A stretch of 64,000 nt of DNA from Octopus sinensis (Eukaryota). The position numbers and the translations under genes were made by a program. Every line of letters begins with the position of its first letter. Position 1 is the stretch's first letter. The notes below the pieces were generated by a model. It saw only the letters and a list, made by a program, of their open reading frames with translations. It was not told the DNA's origin and made no database searches. Of this stretch, positions 53,150 through 64,000 are shown one piece after another. The stretch is from NCBI RefSeq assembly GCF_006345805.1, contig NC_042999.1:121768001-121832000 (forward strand). The letters are read 5' to 3'.

Positions 53150-53305
53150 CTCCTTGGGACTTAAACTCATGCAATAAAGAGTAGAACACATCATATATGG
53201 CTGAAGTAACTCGCCTTAGATCACCAATGTGCTGAGCCAGATTGTCTATTATTTTTCTGTTGCCAGCCCATTCCTGTTTCCAAGCAAGATAATATCTTTC
53301 CACAA
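53150..53305 (-). CDS. Candidate 156-bp phase 1-1 exon, VERYYLAWKQEWAGNRKIIDNLAQHIGDLRRVTSAIYDVFYSLLHEFKSQG
   Basis: Protein-like open frame with no TE motif I recognise; strong donor GAG|GTAAGG; weak acceptor catatctag|. Confidence 0.45.
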
Positions 53306-53605
53306 CTAGATATGTTTCTCATGGATAATTGGCAATAGTCAGCCTTGCATGTATGACAATGAGTTTCATTTACAACCATCATGTGGTGTGTAGACAAGGG
53401 CACACACAACATATACACACATATACATACATATATGAGGTGATTTCAGTTTCTGTCTACCAAATTCACTCACATGGATATGGCTGTTATATTAGAAGAG
53501 ATCACTTGTCCAAATTGCTGTGCAGTATAAACTCAAGACCACATGGTTGGAAAGCAATTTTCTTAACCACACAGCTACACACACACGAATACACACACAC
53601 ACACA

Positions 53606-53984
53606 TACAGAGGGTGTGAGAGTTATTTGAAGAAATATTTGGTAATTTAATAAAGCAACTTCAATGGAGGACCAGAACCATTCATATGTCCGCACTTACT
53701 GGTCCTTATTTATTTTGGACATCACCTGGATAATATTGGTCTTCGTTGAAGCTATGGTATGGTGAGTATGTTGATTAGTCTCCCTTCCAACAATGATCCA
53801 AACATAGTAGTCAATGGAATTTAAGTCTGTGAGCTTGCAGTTCAGAAGTTTGGTGTTACATGATTGCAAAGTATGTGTGACATCCATTCTTGGTTTATGT
53901 GATCTTTATGAGAAAGCACCAAGTTCTTTTGAAACATGTATAGCTTGCCACTATATACTTCATCCAACAAGGGTTAAACAATTG
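53606..53984 (-). mobile_element. Tc1/mariner 3' fragment (catalytic region + terminus), cut by a SINE
   Basis: YMFQKN..SHK...DLNSIDYYVWIIVGRETNQHTHHTI (SPDLNP-like, ORF 53696-53887); terminus TA|CAGAGGGTG...TATTTGAAGAAAT at 53606. Confidence 0.8.
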
Positions 53985-54230
53985 TGGCATGTGTAAAAAG
54001 ATTCGAGCAAGGTCATTGCCAGTACCGCCTGACTGGCCCCCATGCAGATGGCACGTAAAAGCACCCACTACACTCTTGGAGCGGTTAGCATTAGGAAGGG
54101 CATCCAGCTGTAGAAACTCTGCCAGATCAAGACTGGAGCCTGGTGCAGCCATCTGGTTCGCCAGCCTTCAGTCAAACTGTCCAACCCATGCTAGCATGGA
54201 AAGCGGACATTAAATAATGATGATGATGAT
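53985..54230 (-). mobile_element. SINE-like repeat, (CAT)n family, well preserved
   Basis: Reverse complement of the 11833 family; ends in (GAT)n. Confidence 0.85.
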
Positions 54231-57200
54231 GATTTCAACATATCCAGCAACATTAATTCTACAACCCTGTAGAAACATATGAGGTGGCATGATTGAAGCA
54301 AACTTTTTAACCACACAGCCAGCCTGTGCCTTATAAGTTTGTATGTATTTATTAATAGAAATGCACAGCACTGAGATAAGTAGTTATCTCATTGCTGCAG
54401 TGATTCAGTTAATGAATTAATTTGTGTTGCTAACACTTGTGTAGACACAGATTAGAGTGACCAATTTAGTTCAGTTGCATGTACATATGATATAATATGA
54501 TATAATATAATATATGATATAATGTATGTGAGTATGTATGTATATCATTAAACTGCTGTGACAAAGAATGCATAGCAAATCTCTGAAGAATGAATTTGAA
54601 ACTAGGTAGATTTTTCACTGCATGGTTGAAAGCATTTTGTAAAACCACATGCATGTAAGTTTATCTTGTGTATGTGTGTATGTTCTTAAGCAAAACACTT
54701 CATCTCACGTTGCTCTGCAATCACTTTGATACATAACGCATGGTACACACTATTCACCTGTTCAGACAATGTCGATTTGATGGAGAGAGTGAGCTAATGT
54801 GCAGCACTAGCATTTGATAACTATAAACAAATCAGTTGTGCAGGTCATTCAGCTAAAGCTGAACACTCATATGCTGTCTTCGATGGGAGAATCCATATAT
54901 GGGGTGGGGTCATGTCTATGTGTGTATAGGGAGGTTCTTTGTGTGTGTGAGTGTGTTATCATTGGATTTTGAAATACTAAACGTACTTAGGGAATTCTTA
55001 ATTACTGATTTTAATTAATTTCTGAGGTAGTTTCAAGTTCCTTTAACATGTTTTAATTGTGTTATATTCATAATTTATAATGTTTATAGACAATTGAAGA
55101 ATAGAAAAATTCAATTTAAAGTGACTGAATGCATTTTGATAATTATTTATGAAATTGCAAGACAGTTTATTTAATACTAAATGTTAGATAGTTAATTATA
55201 ATGTCATGGCACTGCTTATATTTGTTTGAAGATTTCATTGAATTCATATTCATGTATCACTCTAAAAACATCACAGAAAGCAATAATATTAAATCATTTA
55301 TTAACAGCAATAATAATATCAAGTACTATAATTATCGATAGAGAAACTTTTAAATTATGAGGGAAGACTATAATATGTATATATAGTTGAAATACTTCCT
55401 GCTGATGAGAATATTTTCACAAAGTGTTTAAGTCATTTAACTTACTAGAAATGACAGCTAAATTTCCTTCATTTATACCTTAAGGTTTCAAAATAAGTAG
55501 AACAAGTCTAAATTGTTAACCCATACACCATAACACTGGATCTATTTTCCAGCCTGTATTTCATTCTTGCCTGTTCCTTATACAGACATCTCTGCCTGAC
55601 TCAGTGTATTCACTCTTTTTTATCTCTCCACTAGCCTGATTAATTGATGAATTCATTTCTATTCCTCTGACTTATTTCATTATTTCAAAGGTTTTAGCAT
55701 ATCTAAAATGTCTATAAAGTCCTGCTTCTACCTCTCAGGCTAACAAATGAAAGCAAAATCTGCAAATTGTTTTAACCCCATTTTCATTCATTATTATATG
55801 TAAGTGAAAATGAGTAAATTCAAATGGCATTAGTCTGGTTCTTCATGATGTCCAATAAATCCAGTGATATTTCAAATTAATAAAAGTCCTATAAATATCT
55901 TGATGAAGGTAAAAGTTTGTACTAAAATCAAATAAAATTGATTGATATAAAGCATTCTAATCATTATTGATCTCTAATTCAGTATCAAAATATTGAATTT
56001 AGAATCATACCATATGTTTATGTTTTAGATGAGATGATTGAAAATATTTGCATAACGTGACATTTTATGTTTCTGGTTTTATTTTTTCTTTATAAGTGGC
56101 ATTAGAGTTTTACATCTTGTATCAGTGAATTTAAAAGAAAAGTTGAACTTTGTCTTTATTAGTAGAATTTGATTTCCTTTTCTTGGTGTTTATCACAAAA
56201 TTTAATTTTAAAATGACTTATTTTTCCATAAAGTGCTAATATGGTCCATTTAACTACCACATGCCAAATTTTGCTTGATATTAAAAGCTAAATATTTGCA
56301 CACTGCCAATCTCTGAAGTTCATATCATTTTTAACTTCAAATTTAAAATTAAAATGCCAATTGTCCATTGTTTGCATATATCTTCCTAAACTCTTGTTAT
56401 TTGTATGAGCTAAATATTTTTCAGTAAAGTAATATATAAAACTAGTAAAACATACTTTGTCATTTAGACACATCATACATTAGGACAGGAACAGTCAATT
56501 AAATGAACCCTAGTACTTGACTGTTGCTTTATTTTCTTGACTTTAGAGGGATGAAAAACAAAGTTGACCTCAGGAGAATTTGAATTAATAAAGTATAGAG
56601 CTAGAAGAAGAAATAAACAAATCATTTTCCTCATGTTTTAGCATAATTACTGTCCCTAATCTCTTCTGTTTCATGATTTTAATCCAATTTTACATAATAA
56701 CAGTGAGCGTGAAGACCCTAATGTTAATACAGTTTTGTTAATGTTCCAATACTTCTTAAGATTAGTTTGAATAAACTTTACAAGTGCTTCTTTTGCTTTG
56801 CCTAAACTATAAATTTTCTGACTTCAAGTGCATCATTTACATTCTCTAAATAAGGCTGCTAGACTCTTGAAAAAATTCTATCTGTCACTGTCAAACAGTG
56901 TATACATTATTTGTGAGTTAATTTTAAGAAGTTGACTATTCATTCCCTCTCTTTCCCTTTCCCTATCTTTTACTCTCTTCATCTGCCCCTCTCTGTTTTA
57001 TCAACAGGAGATGGGAATGGGAATTCTACAGTTTTCCTAAGGAAATAAACATTTTGTAATTTGTCATAGCAATGGTTATTAAAATGACAATGATGAAGAT
57101 TATCAATGCTTGTTTTACATGCTGACATGCATTGTGTTTATCCACAGTTTTCTTTATTCTAATTATACTTTTATTGAATGGAAAATATGCTAAAAGTGTT

Positions 57201-57649
57201 ATTGTAACATGGGATATAGCACCAGGTCAGCTCTGTTCAAGCAGACCAATAGCACATAAGTAGTTGGCTCAATAATATAGATGTGAGCCATAGAAATATT
57301 TTTCCAGATAAGTCATAACTTTGCCAAGCTGAGAATCATACTGTATACTCAATTATATAATTGAACAAGAGCAGCATTGTAGTTAGGAAATATTGTATTC
57401 TTCTCATTGTCCAGTATATTTCTCCATACCTGCAGATTCTGAAGAAGTGGGGAGAAATGTGCAAGCAAAGGGGTATCCTCTAGAGTACTTAATATTGGTA
57501 ATGAGCATTGCAGCACAGTGTGACAGCACTATGATAGCAAGGGCATCTGACCTTAAAATTTGCCTCGGTGAATTCTGTCCAACTATGTTAACATGAGAAA
57601 GGGGACATTAAAATGATGATGATAATTTTTTGTAAACCTCTGACACTTT

Positions 57650-58400
57650 CTGTTTTGATCAAACCTTTGAGTATTCTATGTATGTGTATTGTTTTGCTTT
57701 CATTACTATATTTTCTATGTGCATTTAGAACGTTATGCTGTTGTATGTAACTCCCAATATTTTTGTCTTCCATGTATGTAGAATATTTATGTTCATAAGT
57801 GGGATGGTTCGTTGTATTTGATATTCTCTGCTGTTACTGGTGAGAAGGCAACAATTCAGTTACTGCTATTTTGTCAGTTGTTTTGGAACTTGGTTTCAGT
57901 GTGATTGATATAGGTTGGAATGGTTTTGTTGTTAAATCTGGAGAATTTGAGGACTTAGATATGGCTCCATCTGCATATGAAGCCATGTATATGCTTTGTA
58001 GAAATGAGGGAAGGTTGTGGGCTTTAGATTAAAAAGAGAGCCTAGTGTTACTCCATCTAGAAAACTGCAACTTGTCATTGTGTTGTTTTTGTACACCCTA
58101 CAGATTTGGATACTTTAAAAGAGAATTTGAGAGTCAACATTTTTAATTACTTAAGAAGGGAATGCTGAGCAATTTGTGTATAAAAGCTATCATATCTTTA
58201 ATGTGTTAGATTGATGAGTAGTGCGATGGTTGATCTGAATCTATATAATGAGTTTAATAGCAGAATGTGTGGATTGGCAATGTCTAGAATTTGTCTTTCT
58301 AGGGATAAAGTTATTAATTTTGTCTCTTGGTAATGCACATTAATCTAATAGTTTCGTTCATATACTGTTTTCAAATGGTAAAGCTTGGAAGACAACCAAC
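57650..58400 (-). mobile_element. Possible Penelope-like element remnant (RT C-terminus / GIY-YIG)
   Basis: Strand-skewed sequence with weak KPT..HF..S and SQILQ-like motifs; similar skewed tracts at ~7100-7760 and ~50000-51300. Confidence 0.3.
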
Positions 58401-60415
58401 TTTAATGAAAAAGAGGCACCTTTAGTTCATATAAAATTATTCTTAGCTACACAACTTTGTCATGCTAAAACAGGAAAATATATGGGATACAGTGTTATTG
58501 AATTTTCCACTTAACATTGTTTTGCTCATGTTTTGAGAAAGTTACAATTTTGTTTTCAAATCACTAATCATTTTTACTTGTAATATTTTGATAACTATAA
58601 CAGTTATGTTATTTCAAATTTTAACTATAGAGCATTTATCAAAAAGTTAGCAAACAAGATTGCTTACACAATTTATTGTTGCTAATAAAAATTCATGAAA
58701 GCAAGTTTAATGATCTAAAGAACTTGAAATGCATTTTCATTGTTTTCATTATATATGAAATTTCCAAGACTAAATCATAATTGTTAGCAATATTCATATT
58801 GGAAAAATGTCTAAAAATAAGAATACTAGACAATGGGGATGAAAGTCCTATTAAATAACACATAACACTAATTTCTTTTGTATTTTAACTGAAAATATGT
58901 AAGGTAATATCTTTCGTTAATTCTAGAACAAAAGCAATGAAATTTGTTTACACAGCCATAAAGACAGAGATTTAGATCATTTGTAAAGATTTTCTTGAAA
59001 AATTAAAATTCACTTAATATAAAACTGTCCAAAATTGGAAATTAAATTTAGATTTTTTTGAGGGTTCAGTATATTGACTTATTTTCTTATGAATTTTTCA
59101 TTCCTTTCACAGAATGAATAATTATTAATTCTATTGCATTATTTAATTTAAACAATACTGGTGTAATGAAGTCTTACATCAATAATACCTTTAATTGCTC
59201 ACAATAAAAATTTAGCAAATTTAAAGCAAAGTAAGAATTTATAACATTTAAATAAAATCTAAGATTAGATATTAAATCCATATTTCCAGTGCTCACTTAT
59301 ATCAGTTTTTTTATTTTATAAAATTTACAAAGAAGCTAAATTGGAAACATCACAAGTGGTAATAAATATTGAAATTCAGCCTCTGACCTATAATTATTGA
59401 GAAACTAAGAATCAAAATTTGAGAGCAGCTGGGTAAATTTGAAAAACTAAGGCACATAGTGTCAATGATTATCAATAAGAGAGAAAATAATGATTTTAGT
59501 ATTTAAACATATTTGGTTTACTTCTGCTAACCATGTTTATAAAACTGTAGAAAGCAGTTGACTATATTCTGCTCAAAAGAAGCTACTGTCTTTACTTCCT
59601 CTTAAAACAAACTTTATTATGATTGAGGAAACAAACAATTTTTTGCAATGTGTCTAATAAAAATTCATCATTCATATGAAATGTTTCCAGATACTGAAAG
59701 GTCATGATTTTATTATAAAGAAAGTAAGAAGATAATAGCATTTGTTTTCCCTATGTAAAAAGTTTATAGAAATTAGCTACAGATATATCTGTAGTGTATT
59801 TCATTCTTCAGAGATTTTGTAAAGTCTTAAACATTTACTAAATGAGATATGTTGTTATATTTATAAGTAAATGATTCTCCTTCTCATCATCACCATCCTC
59901 ATCAATGCCATCGTCATCACCATCATCATAGTCATCATTGTTTTGTTATATCACATACTGGATCCATCATTAATTCTGAGCTTAATCTAGAAACTTAATT
60001 CTTGCTTCATTAATTTACTTAGTTGTAAAAAGATAACATGCCTATTTAAATAAGGAAAGTATCTATTTAAGAAGTATCTCATTAGCATGCCACATAGAAT
60101 TTTATCTTATTATGAGTCTATTAGGATCAGATGAAGCTGTGTTACAATTCAGTCTCAATTGTTCCAGTAACCTCTGCCCCTAAATTCATGTTCTGGTTTA
60201 CTTTATACATTTCATGTGTTAATTGGTATGAAATATATTAATAAACATTATTGAACACACACACTCAATGTATGTACTTTGCACCAAACCATGACAAAAT
60301 ACAAATTGTGTAAAAATCTGTTTGTTGGTATGCCCCAACAAAACATATATAAAAGTAAATTGAAATATGAATTAGAGGCATTATCGATTGCACTTATTCA
60401 ATGTATGTGATTTTA

Positions 60416-60685
60416 GACAGGTAAGACAACTTGCCCCAAATCCCACTCAAAAGCAGTGGGCATTGATGTTTTGCCATTTTTGTGGCTTATCAATATCATG
60501 TACCTGAATTGAACAGGAGGTGGGACATATCAGCAAATGGTTTTTATACTATTTGTATGTAGTCATGGACAGGCGATTAAGTTGCCTCCAATTTTGTTGA
60601 GGCACATGATGTTGATAAACCACAAAAATAGTGAAACATCGATATCCATTGCTCCTGGGATTTGGGAAAAGTTGTCTCACCTGTC
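60416..60685. mobile_element. Palindromic MITE with long (~110-125 bp) TIRs
   Basis: Left GACAGGTAAGACAACTTGCCCCAAATCCCA...ATTTTTGTGGCTTATCAATATCATGTACCT vs reverse complement of right GACAGGTGAGACAACTTTTCCCAAATCCCA...ATTTTTGTGGTTTATCAACATCATGTGCCT; flanks TTA/TGA. Confidence 0.88.
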
Positions 60686-63600
60686 TGACTTTCAAATGTA
60701 TTAACACCCAGCACTTTGTAGGAGTCATCCCTACTGTGCTAAATCACATCCTACTGGTGAACAAGCAAGACAAAAACATTGAGCATGTGTGTTCAATAAT
60801 GTTACAATACTAGTGCTGATTCTAATTCATATTTGAATTTATTCATATCAATATCAAATGTCATAGAAATTTACTTAATCTGTAGATACATCTCTTCACT
60901 TTGTCAAAAGCCCAGCAAATTATGCCTCATCTGTTGAGAATCCCTTCTCATAAAAAGGAGTTCATTGGTCTATTCACTAACAGTGTCAGCTCATAACAAT
61001 AGTAGAAATGACAGCAGCTGTGTGGTGGCCACTCAAAACAACTAATCAGCATTTAACATTATTTTATATTAAGAATGGTATTTAGTTGATAAAGTATCCA
61101 TAGTAACTGTAGTTGTGATTGAAGTGGTGGCACAAGTAGCAGAACATTTATGCAGTACCTACTACAACAACAAATGGGTTTTACCTACAACTCAGGTACA
61201 AGCATTTACCAACAGTTCAAGGTAACTCAACTGCAATTATAATTATGCAGTAACCTACTTCTTTGAGCCATTCAATGTGGAAACCACTTTAATTAAAGTT
61301 ATCCTTGAAGCAATGACAGTAGCAGGCAACCTTTTGTAGCCACATTTTCACAGCATGCACTTTCTGCAATGAACTTTATTAACTTACATCTCAATTTCTC
61401 TTTTCTCAAAATAGACAATAGGTTGCTAGAAAATAAAATAATATATTTACATGCACATATCATACAGACTCACGTATTTGAATGTACATACCATGCAAAC
61501 TTATTGGTATGGGTTCATGCATCATACAGGATCATGTGTGGAACTACATGATCATGTGTGGAACTATATGTCCTATAGACCCAAATCTTTGAACATTTTT
61601 ATGAATACACCTAAGTTTCATACTCATATGGGACCATATGTCACAAAACTTTACTATATATGGTGCATACATTATATAAACTCTCATGCATGTTCATGTT
61701 GTATGGACCTATTTGTATGGTTACACAAATAACTTCATAAACTGCTGTGTTATTCAATGACATTTTTTTATATGCTTGATGTTTTTCATATGCCTGCTGC
61801 CAAAAATTTAACCCTTTTTACTTCTAACATTAATCGTTTTTATAGATGAATCTTGTTAGTGCTAAATTAATTTACTGAAAAATAAAAAAAAATATTTGTT
61901 CCTTCTTTCTGTGGTTATAATAAAATAAAACTCTTTATAGTTTATTTTGCATAGCAGCTTTGGTTGAATTTATATTTTCTACACTCTTAGATGAACTCAT
62001 TAGGTAGAGTTAAAATTCATATCGACATATGTAAAACGTGAAATTTTATTTCCTGCTCCTTTCTAACAGCTACGTATTAATAACATACTTCATTGATGGA
62101 AATACATAATGCAACGTTACTAAGTCAATTTTAGGATCTCATTATCACTCAATCTCAAGAAAAATCATCCAAATTGTCATCCACCTTCATCCTGCTATCT
62201 TAAACTGAATTAAAATAGGATATTCTTGAAAACAAAACTAGATGGTCATGGCTGAGATGTCTGACTTTTGGTAGATTTGTTTGACTAAACCCTTAAATGT
62301 AGAGTGCCAGCATAGCTACATTTGTATGACTGAAAGAAGTAAAAGGATTTATAAAATTAAAACTGAAGTGTGGATTCCTGCTTTTTTGAGAAAGACAACC
62401 AACAGTAATGAGATATAATAGTTTTCAAATTCTAGATGATCCATAACTTGTTACTACCCAACTCAGGATGACCATGTAAACTTATGAAAACAATAACTTT
62501 CTTTGACAACTAATCATAAGTATATGCTGTGAATGTGAAGCATAATCTGTTGTGTCCTGGTGTTTACTGATAACTAATTTATCAATCCTGAATAGATTAA
62601 AGTCAGAATTGATTGGCAGAATTTAATTCAAAATTTGGAAAGTTAAAAGTAAATATTGCCTCAATTATTTGACTTGAATTAAAGAGTTCTCCTTGTGTTT
62701 TGATTGTACTCACAAACAATTTAATAAACAATGGGAAAAGTTCATATTCTATATGAAAAGACATTGATTATCAGTTTCAGTTTTCAGCTATTGTGTTTAA
62801 TTTTTGAAAGAGAAAATTAAAACTACTCTGAACTTAAACTTAGAATAATTTCAGAATTCAACAGCTTTATTTATTATAACTTGTGAAGTTAATTATTGTT
62901 TAACTAAAGTTTTATCTTATCAAATATATATAATACTATCTACTACATATTCTGCAATTTGGAATGTAATTTAGTCTTCAGGATTTGCATTGCATTAAGT
63001 TCATAATATGTTATTATCTTCTGAACAATAGATTTTTAATTGATAGACTATATTCAATATTGAATAACATACCACTGTTTACATGAAATAATCTTAGTTT
63101 TTTGCATATTGTTTAAAATAGGTACCACATATACAATATATTCTACAATAGAATATAGAACTAAGTACATTTCCAATATTTGCCTGGGTATTAAGTATGT
63201 GTTCCAGAGCCATTTCTACATTCTTTTTACTTAAAATGAATGGGATGGGATCTGTTTGTAATTGTAACATATTTATAATTGCTAAGTAATAACAAATTGC
63301 ATCCATGCTCAGTTTGAAGGTCTTAACATTAAAGTGATAGTATCACATTGAACATTCTTTGTGGTTTTATTGTTTTACTTGTTTCAATTATTAGGATGCA
63401 GCCATTCTGGCTACTACATTCAGGGGTTTCAACCACTTGCATCAATGACCCATTCTTTATTTTAAATCTGTTATTTATTTTACTGATTTTACTGATTTAT
63501 TGAATACAAATCAGAACACTATTGTATACCAGTATATATAAACATACCTACCTTGCCCAAAACATATGTGTGTGTATGTGTTTGTGTATGTGTGTGTGTG

Positions 63601-64000
63601 TATGTCTGTGTGTGTGTGTGTGTACATGTATGTGCATGCATATATCTCTATCTATCCATATGTACTTACACACACACACACATAAAGGATTTCTGCCACA
63701 CAATTTCTGCCTACTAATTCAACTTACAGATTATTGGTCAACTAATGCTAGAGTAGAAATCACTTAGAAAATTATTTTTAAATCTCACAGCGAGAGGTAT
63801 TCAGCAACACTACTTTGTAGTAAAGATTGTTTGCCAACATAACATGGCAGTCCTGGTTTAGGACAAATGTTGCTATTATTTACCCCAGGAGACATCGTCT
63901 CCAGCTGGCTATACAGCACGATCGCTGTCCTAATATTTTTGAACAAGGGACTCTAGCACCCCAACTCAGCTCAAAATAATATCTGCAAATCAGGATTTCT

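Noticed and set aside
17059-53984. The two Tc1 fragments as halves of one 36-kb composite transposon
   Set aside because: Their termini face away from each other (the 3' piece is upstream on the minus strand), so they are independent insertions.
61530-61569. 20-bp tandem duplication GATCATGTGTGGAACTA(C/T)AT
   Set aside because: Ordinary slippage duplication with no further structure.

Overview
AT-rich eukaryotic DNA dense in microsatellites and transposable elements. The interspersed SINE-like repeats resemble those I recall from coleoid cephalopods, so this is most likely Octopus (inference, no database search run). There is no prokaryotic gene content, rRNA, true tRNA or CRISPR, and nearly all listed ORFs are microsatellite or TE artefacts. 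Degenerate elements I can support: a CR1-like LINE (~9.05-11.55 kb), a Gypsy fragment (15.4-17.06 kb), two Tc1/mariner fragments, an RTE LINE (21.2-24.4 kb), a restriction-like-endonuclease (R4/Dong/NeSL-type) LINE split by a ~3 kb hAT element with TIRs and an 8-bp TSD (28310-31340), a second hAT relic (36.8-38.9 kb), two MITEs and many SINEs. A few minus-strand exon candidates suggest the window may be mostly intron of an unidentified host gene (low confidence). The most notable observations are three type I hammerhead-ribozyme motifs within 900 bp (4308-5193, minus strand, two in a ~350-bp tandem retrozyme-like arrangement), an RTE copy with a twin-priming-type 5' inversion (34466-34974), a ~540-bp near-perfect fold-back inversion inside giant (TA)n arrays (18674-20490), and a 37-bp near-perfect hairpin (27627-27703). 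TE boundaries are approximate unless TIR/TSD positions are given.
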